In this document: one piece after another, positions 20,941 to 25,067 of the stretch | How positions within the stretch are numbered: the stretch's first letter is position 1 | How the letters are laid out: each line of letters begins with the position of its first letter | Origin: an uncultured Actinomycetota bacterium | GTDB taxonomy: Bacteria; Actinomycetota; Humimicrobiia; Humimicrobiales; Humimicrobiaceae | Length of the DNA stretch: 25,067 bases | Direction of reading: 5' to 3' | Assembly: GCA_964649405.1 (NCBI GenBank) | Contig: CAZYQD010000005.1 | Coordinates: 1-25,067 of the forward strand | Notes under the pieces: generated by a model | Told to the model about the DNA's origin: nothing | Seen by the model: the letters and a program-made list of their open reading frames with translations, nothing else | Database searches by the model: none | Translations under genes and position numbers: made by a program

Positions 20941-21477
20941 TTATTCCCCTTCCGCCAGTGTGACGCTGTCTTCACCGTCAGTTTCTTTTAATTTGACATC
21001 CACGGATTCGTTCAGCGATGTGGGAAGATTCTTCCCAACATAATCCGCCCTTATGGGAAGTTCCCGGTGACCCCTGTCAACCAGAACCACAAGCTGTATC
21101 GATCTTGGCCTTCCAAAATCTATTATTGCATCGAGTGCCGCCCTTACCGTCCTTCCGGTATAAAGCACGTCATCGACCAGAATCACGTTCTTTCCCTCTA
21201 TGTCGAAGGAGATATCGGTTATCTGGGCAGTTGGTTTTATATTCTTCCCGATATCATCGCGGTAAAAGGTGATATCAAGCTTTCCGGTCTCGATTTCGGT
21301 CCCTTCGAATTTTTTGATGTTTTCCGCTATTCTTTTTGCCAGAGGCACCCCTCTTTTTTGAAGACCGATAAAAACCAGACTTTCGGAACCTCTGTTTCTT
21401 TCAAGGATCTCGTGTGATATCCTCTTTATCACCCTGTCTATATCAATTTCACTTAATATTTGCGCTTTTTCTTTCAT
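20941..21477 (-). CDS. pyrR: Pyrimidine operon attenuation protein / uracil phosphoribosyltransferase
   Basis: [52 protein letters not shown]. Confidence 0.98.
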   Translation of the reverse strand: MKEKAQILSEIDIDRVIKRISHEILERNRGSESLVFIGLQKRGVPLAKRIAENIKKFEGTEIETGKLDITFYRDDIGKNIKPTAQITDISFDIEGKNVILVDDVLYTGRTVRAALDAIIDFGRPRSIQLVVLVDRGHRELPIRADYVGKNLPTSLNESVDVKLKETDGEDSVTLAEGE

Positions 21478-21492
21478 ATCTCTTCCCCATAT

Positions 21493-21525
21493 AAAAAAAC
21501 CTCCTTACCATAAAGGTAAGAAGGT
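21493..21525 (-). terminator. Intrinsic attenuator-terminator in the pyrR leader
   Basis: Minus-strand RNA ACCUUCUUACC-UUUAU-GGUAAGGAGGU forms an 11-bp stem (one G-U pair) followed by a U tract, just upstream of the pyrR RBS. Confidence 0.9.
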
Positions 21526-21571
21526 CAAAATAAATCCGTTATTTTTATATTCTAAAAATATTCTTTTCATT

Positions 21572-21602
21572 CCTTTTTAGCCTCTCCGGACTATTTTAAA
21601 GG
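21572..21602 (-). ncRNA. PyrR-binding RNA element (anti-antiterminator)
   Basis: CCUUUAAAAU-AGUCCGGAGAGGCU-AAAAAGG. The core at 21592-21579 fits the ARUCCNGNGAGGYU consensus; a 5' CCUUUAA segment and closing CCUUU/AAAGG pairing are present. Confidence 0.92.
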
Positions 21603-21637
21603 TAATATTATTTTATTTAGTATTCTGCTAGAAAGAT

Positions 21638-21666
21638 ACTATAGAAGATTACAGGCAAAAAAACAA
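21638..21666 (-). promoter_or_regulatory. Putative sigma-A promoter of the pyr operon
   Basis: TTGTTT (21666-21661), 17 nt, TATAGT (21643-21638), about 30 nt upstream of the PyrR element. Confidence 0.6.
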
Positions 21667-21682
21667 GTATAAATTTTAAAAC

Positions 21683-22063
21683 TTATCCCATGTTCTTTCT
21701 GAGCTGTCGGAGCTTATAATTTAAGTCTCCTTTACCGCCGCCGCCGCCTTCTCTTCTGTAGCCACCACTACCGCCATTGCCGTAGTTTCTATCTCTCGGG
21801 CCATCAAAATTTCCTTTGTTCTGGGTTCTGGCTTCATTAACTACAATCGTTCTTCCTTTGAAATCACCCTGGTTGAATTTTTCGATAGCAGCCTTTGCCT
21901 GTTCCTCGGTTTCCATTTCTACAAATCCAAAGCCTCTCGATTTTCCATCCATTCTAGAAATGACTTTAGAATAAGTAACGGTACCTGCCTGTGAAAAAAA
22001 CTCTTCCAGTTCTTTGTCGGTAGTATTGTAATCCAGATTGCCCACGTACATTCTCTTGTTCAC
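21683..22063 (-). CDS. RRM (RNP-1) RNA-binding protein with glycine-rich tail
   Basis: RNP-2 MYVGNL, RNP-1 RGFGFVEM, ..VNEAR, then a Gly/Arg-rich tail; GTG start with GGAAAGG RBS. Confidence 0.95.
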   Translation of the reverse strand: MNKRMYVGNLDYNTTDKELEEFFSQAGTVTYSKVISRMDGKSRGFGFVEMETEEQAKAAIEKFNQGDFKGRTIVVNEARTQNKGNFDGPRDRNYGNGGSGGYRREGGGGGKGDLNYKLRQLRKNMG

Positions 22064-22255
22064 TTAAAAATACCTTTCCTCTAATTGATTTACTATATAT
22101 AAAAAGAAACGTAGAGATATATTATTTTGAATTTGAAATGGAAAATTAATAGATATGGAAAGAAGACTAAAATCCTATTTTTATTTACGCACTTCTAATA
22201 TAAAATCCCTACTACTCTATTTTAAAATGTAAAACTATTTCAGTAATACCCCAAT

Positions 22256-22283
22256 ATTATATAATATATTTTACATTTGTCCA
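22256..22283 (-). promoter_or_regulatory. Putative sigma-A promoter of the RRM gene
   Basis: TGGACA (22283-22278), 16 nt, TATAAT (22261-22256). The region is very AT-rich, so a chance match is possible. Confidence 0.45.
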
Positions 22284-22315
22284 AAGAATATTTTTTCTGT
22301 AGGAATCCTCTAGTA

Positions 22316-22852
22316 TTATCTAAAAGTCAAAATTTTTTCCAGGGGCAGCCTTTTTCTGGGACCAGTTTTTAAATCTTTTTGTGCATATCCCACTGCTATC
22401 AGAGATACTATCTTCCATGTCAGAGGTATATTTAAGATCTTTTTTAACCTCCTGGCATTAAACCAGCCTATCCAGCATGTTGAAAGTCCCAGATCTTCGG
22501 CTTCAAGGACCAGGTGTTCAAGGGCAATGGCAACATCGATCAGGTGGTATTGGACCCTGATTATTGCTTCTCCTATATAGTGAGAAAACAGACTCTTTCT
22601 TACTGAACAACCGACTATGATAAGAGGGGCGGACCGGGCCCACCGGTTGATTATTCCCAGCGATTCCCTGACTACCCGGTAAAGTAATTCTTTATCGGTC
22701 ACCGCAACAAATCTCCAGGGCTGCCTGTTGGATGCTGATGGTGACAGTCTGGCCGCTTCGATTATTTTTATAATCTTTTCTTTTTCCACGGGCTGATCCG
22801 TAAATTTTCGCACACTGCGTCTTTTTTTTATCACCTCAAATATCTCAGCCAT
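22316..22852 (-). CDS. Nitroreductase-family flavoprotein
   Basis: KRRSVRKF, AARLSPSASNRQPWRF, LGLSTCWIG, RKRLPLEKI; GAGGT RBS. Confidence 0.93.
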   Translation of the reverse strand: MAEIFEVIKKRRSVRKFTDQPVEKEKIIKIIEAARLSPSASNRQPWRFVAVTDKELLYRVVRESLGIINRWARSAPLIIVGCSVRKSLFSHYIGEAIIRVQYHLIDVAIALEHLVLEAEDLGLSTCWIGWFNARRLKKILNIPLTWKIVSLIAVGYAQKDLKTGPRKRLPLEKILTFR

Positions 22853-22941
22853 AGTACCTCGCTTAAGCTATAATATCTCACCTTATATATTATGCCTAAT
22901 TTCGCCTATAATAACCTGCTTCACCTATAACCCTCACTTTT

Positions 22942-24213
22942 TTAAGGTTCGACGACTTTCCCCATGAAAAGAATGCTTCCGCTTCTGTCATCGGAAATTG
23001 TAAAGAAGAAAGGCCTGTTTACTATAAACTGTACTATCTCCGTGGGTTCCATTGCCGATTCTATCATCTCGACAACCGTAGCAGCGGCTGCCTCGCTTCC
23101 TTTCTCGTTTACTTCTATAACAGCCTTGTGCAGAACCCGGGATATTAATATACCCGGACTTATTCCACTGAAATCTGCTTCCGGACTGAAAGCTATTCCC
23201 ATACCCAGATTAGTGAGTACATCGTTTATAACCTTCACCCCGTACTCCATCTTATATTTGGGCATAACCAGGGAAACTTCTGTACCGGAAAAAGACTGCA
23301 TTATCTCATTCCAGCTCTCTTCATCCAGGGATTCGATAACCGAATCGATCTCCTCTCCCTCATCAGGTAGGATTATATACATAGCCATCTTTTCCTGCCC
23401 GTAGGGAAGCTTTACTGCTGAGAAACCATCACCGTCATAGTAGGCAAAATTTCCTTCCTGACTCATCATCGGAACATTCTTTGCTGTTCCATCCAGAAGG
23501 TAAAAATCATCGTCAACCGTCAGGTCCTCATCAAAAGGATTTGTCCAGTTTCCCTTAAAATAAATGGCATTTATAAGATACATCACTGCGTCGGGGGGAA
23601 TGACATCCAGCATCTTTTCAATCTTTCCCTTTGTTTTATCCTCTATCCATCCGTTTATAGTATCCAGCACTCCCGGTTTGATAAAATCGATTTCATTTAC
23701 TTCCGAGGAGTAGTAATTTTTGTTTCTATCGATAAAATCTTGATTTATATCGTATCCCATCTTGTACCATATAGAATTTGCAATGGACAATTCTATATCG
23801 CTGTCGACATTCATTATACTTACCAGAAGATCATGAAACCCGGAATTCAGCTCCTCCAGATCAAACTCGCTAAAACCAAGAGCTTCGGCCATTGCCAGGT
23901 TGGTTTCACCAACTGAGCCGTTATATGTCATTGCAAGAGCAAGAAGTATCGAAAAAGGAGATATGAATACATTGCTGTCCTCATCTTCTGCAGTAAGTTC
24001 TTTAAAGATATTGAATCCGAATCCTGTATTGGCATCAACCAGATTCTTATCAACCGAACCTGCGCGTTCATCTGACTCCTCTATGGTAACTTCCTCTACT
24101 TCTGCTGTTTCCCCATCCTCTTTCCCGGCGCACGCTGTAAGCAAAGCTGCGTTGAAAAGAAACATAATCATAACGAGAATAGCAAGAATTGAAACAAGTT
24201 TACTTTTTTTCAT
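22942..24213 (-). CDS. Serpin (serine protease inhibitor), predicted lipoprotein
   Basis: NVFISPFSI, INGWIEDKTKGKI, YLINAIYFKGNW, hinge EKGSEAAAAT, FIVNRPFFF, LFMGKV. Preferred start is ATG 24213 (AAGGAG RBS): MKK + hydrophobic stretch + lipobox LTA-C28. Confidence 0.95.
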   Translation of the reverse strand: MKKSKLVSILAILVMIMFLFNAALLTACAGKEDGETAEVEEVTIEESDERAGSVDKNLVDANTGFGFNIFKELTAEDEDSNVFISPFSILLALAMTYNGSVGETNLAMAEALGFSEFDLEELNSGFHDLLVSIMNVDSDIELSIANSIWYKMGYDINQDFIDRNKNYYSSEVNEIDFIKPGVLDTINGWIEDKTKGKIEKMLDVIPPDAVMYLINAIYFKGNWTNPFDEDLTVDDDFYLLDGTAKNVPMMSQEGNFAYYDGDGFSAVKLPYGQEKMAMYIILPDEGEEIDSVIESLDEESWNEIMQSFSGTEVSLVMPKYKMEYGVKVINDVLTNLGMGIAFSPEADFSGISPGILISRVLHKAVIEVNEKGSEAAAATVVEMIESAMEPTEIVQFIVNRPFFFTISDDRSGSILFMGKVVEP

Positions 24214-24268
24214 AAAAACTCCTTGAACCATTCTTATAAATCTTTATATCATAAATCCTTAATATATA

Positions 24269-24297
24269 TACGATAGATACCTGAAATTAACCGGGGT
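24269..24297 (-). promoter_or_regulatory. Candidate sigma-I-dependent promoter upstream of the serpin
   Basis: Minus strand ACCCCGGTTAA-TTTCAGGTATCTAT-CGTA: C-tract, AA, 14 nt, CGWA, resembling described sigma-I promoters. Confidence 0.55.
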
Positions 24298-24324
24298 AGG
24301 AAAAGAATCAATAAATAATCCCGC

Positions 24325-25035
24325 CTAGTAAGCGTTCCCGTTTACTTCCAGCCTTAAGCTGGTTTCTCCTGCTTTAAGGAAAATCGGTTCCTTTTTAACC
24401 TTGGACGGTTCAAAACCATCAAGAGGAATTATTTTTACCTGTGACACACTATAATCGGCAAATAGCGTTGTAAGTGTAACTGTTCCGTTAAAACCCGAAA
24501 CACTGCTTATATTTCTAATTTCGACCTCTAGACTTACACTATCATTGACTTCATATGAAAAAGATAAAACGCCCTCTATATTTTCGCCTTCGACCTTCGC
24601 CTCTTCGATAAGAGAATAAGTCTTCTCAAAACTAACCGCTTCTTCTTGATCGGCATCCATACCTAAAACGGACTCTTCGGCACTTTCTTCCCGGGCTGCT
24701 TCTCCGGAAACTTCTTCTTCTGCTGCTTCCGGTGCTGCCTCTTCGGTTATATCCCCCGTCAACAGGGTCGCATTCCTTAAAGGAAGATACTGTTTGAAAT
24801 ACCATACCCCAAAAATCGAAAGTACTGCTATCACAACCACAGCCATAGATGCAACCGACAGGCTCTTCAACCAGCCAGCTTTGATCGCCTTCGGCTCATA
24901 GGAGTATTCTTTGGCGACCACGATCTCATCACCGATTTCAAATACTCCTACCGGAATATTCTGTTTTAAAAATTGCCCGTCTTTTGTCATGACGATGCAA
25001 TAGCCCTTATGCATTTCTATTATCACTGCTTTCAT
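24325..25035 (-). CDS. RsgI-type anti-sigma-I factor (RsgI_N domain, one TM helix, acidic linker, beta-rich C-terminal ectodomain)
   Basis: MKAVIIEMHKGYCIVMTKDGQFLK...FEIGDEI matches the RsgI N-terminal pattern; TM at about aa 59-80; E/A-rich linker at about aa 94-134. Confidence 0.8.
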   Translation of the reverse strand: MKAVIIEMHKGYCIVMTKDGQFLKQNIPVGVFEIGDEIVVAKEYSYEPKAIKAGWLKSLSVASMAVVVIAVLSIFGVWYFKQYLPLRNATLLTGDITEEAAPEAAEEEVSGEAAREESAEESVLGMDADQEEAVSFEKTYSLIEEAKVEGENIEGVLSFSYEVNDSVSLEVEIRNISSVSGFNGTVTLTTLFADYSVSQVKIIPLDGFEPSKVKKEPIFLKAGETSLRLEVNGNAY

Positions 25036-25067
25036 TTTCCACCACCCCTGCGGATATCAATATAGCT
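25032..25067 (-). CDS. 3' end of an upstream gene, probably the cognate sigma-I factor (...SYIDIRRGGGK*)
   Basis: Open frame from the window edge ends in TGA (25034-25032), overlapping the anti-sigma ATG (ATGA). Identity is inferred only from the usual sigI-rsgI coupling; 11 codons are not diagnostic. Confidence 0.4.
   Translation of the reverse strand, partial: SYIDIRRGGGK

Noticed and set aside
187-24226. Many 60-147 aa ORFs on the + strand and in alternative frames (e.g. 4309-4746, 16372-16791, 19442-19885, 22964-23404)
   Set aside because: All lie antisense to or inside well-identified genes and show no recognisable motifs; they are shadow ORFs.
24214-24231. Longer serpin start (MVQGVF-)
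   Set aside because: That stretch contains the AAGGAG RBS for ATG 24213, which gives a normal MKK signal peptide.
24259-24327. Possible TAG read-through (pyrrolysine or recoding) at the anti-sigma stop
   Set aside because: It would add only 21 codons before TAA, does not join the serpin, and no pyl genes are in the window.
1-25067. CRISPR arrays, tRNA/rRNA genes, transposases, integrases
   Set aside because: No regularly spaced repeats or recognisable motifs were seen; intergenic gaps are short and otherwise accounted for.

Overview
AT-rich bacterial chromosomal window; almost every gene is on the minus strand. The centre (2279-21477) is a conserved housekeeping cluster read right to left: pyrR-pyrB-pyrC-carA-carB-pyrK-pyrD-pyrF-pyrE, then mihF-gmk-rpoZ-coaBC-metK-priA-def-fmt-rsmB. 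It is headed by a sigma-A-type promoter and a clear PyrR-binding loop plus intrinsic terminator. At the left end are rpmB (+ strand) and the 5' end of a DAK2/FakA gene. The mihF-gmk-rpoZ-coaBC-metK-priA order points to Actinomycetota, and the low GC suggests a deep-branching lineage (inference). There are two accessory zones. The first is a GNAT plus a CPBP/Abi-family membrane protein lacking the catalytic EE motif, between rpmB and rsmB. The second is at the right end: an RRM protein, a nitroreductase, a lipoprotein serpin, an RsgI-type anti-sigma factor and probably the last codons of its sigma-I partner. The best candidate for an undescribed system is this SigI/RsgI/serpin module. The anti-sigma lacks the usual Asn-Pro autoproteolytic domain, and a sigma-I-like promoter (ACCCC..AA-14 nt-CGTA) lies directly upstream of the serpin. 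I saw no rRNA, tRNA, CRISPR array or mobile element. All calls come from motif recognition by eye; no searches were run.
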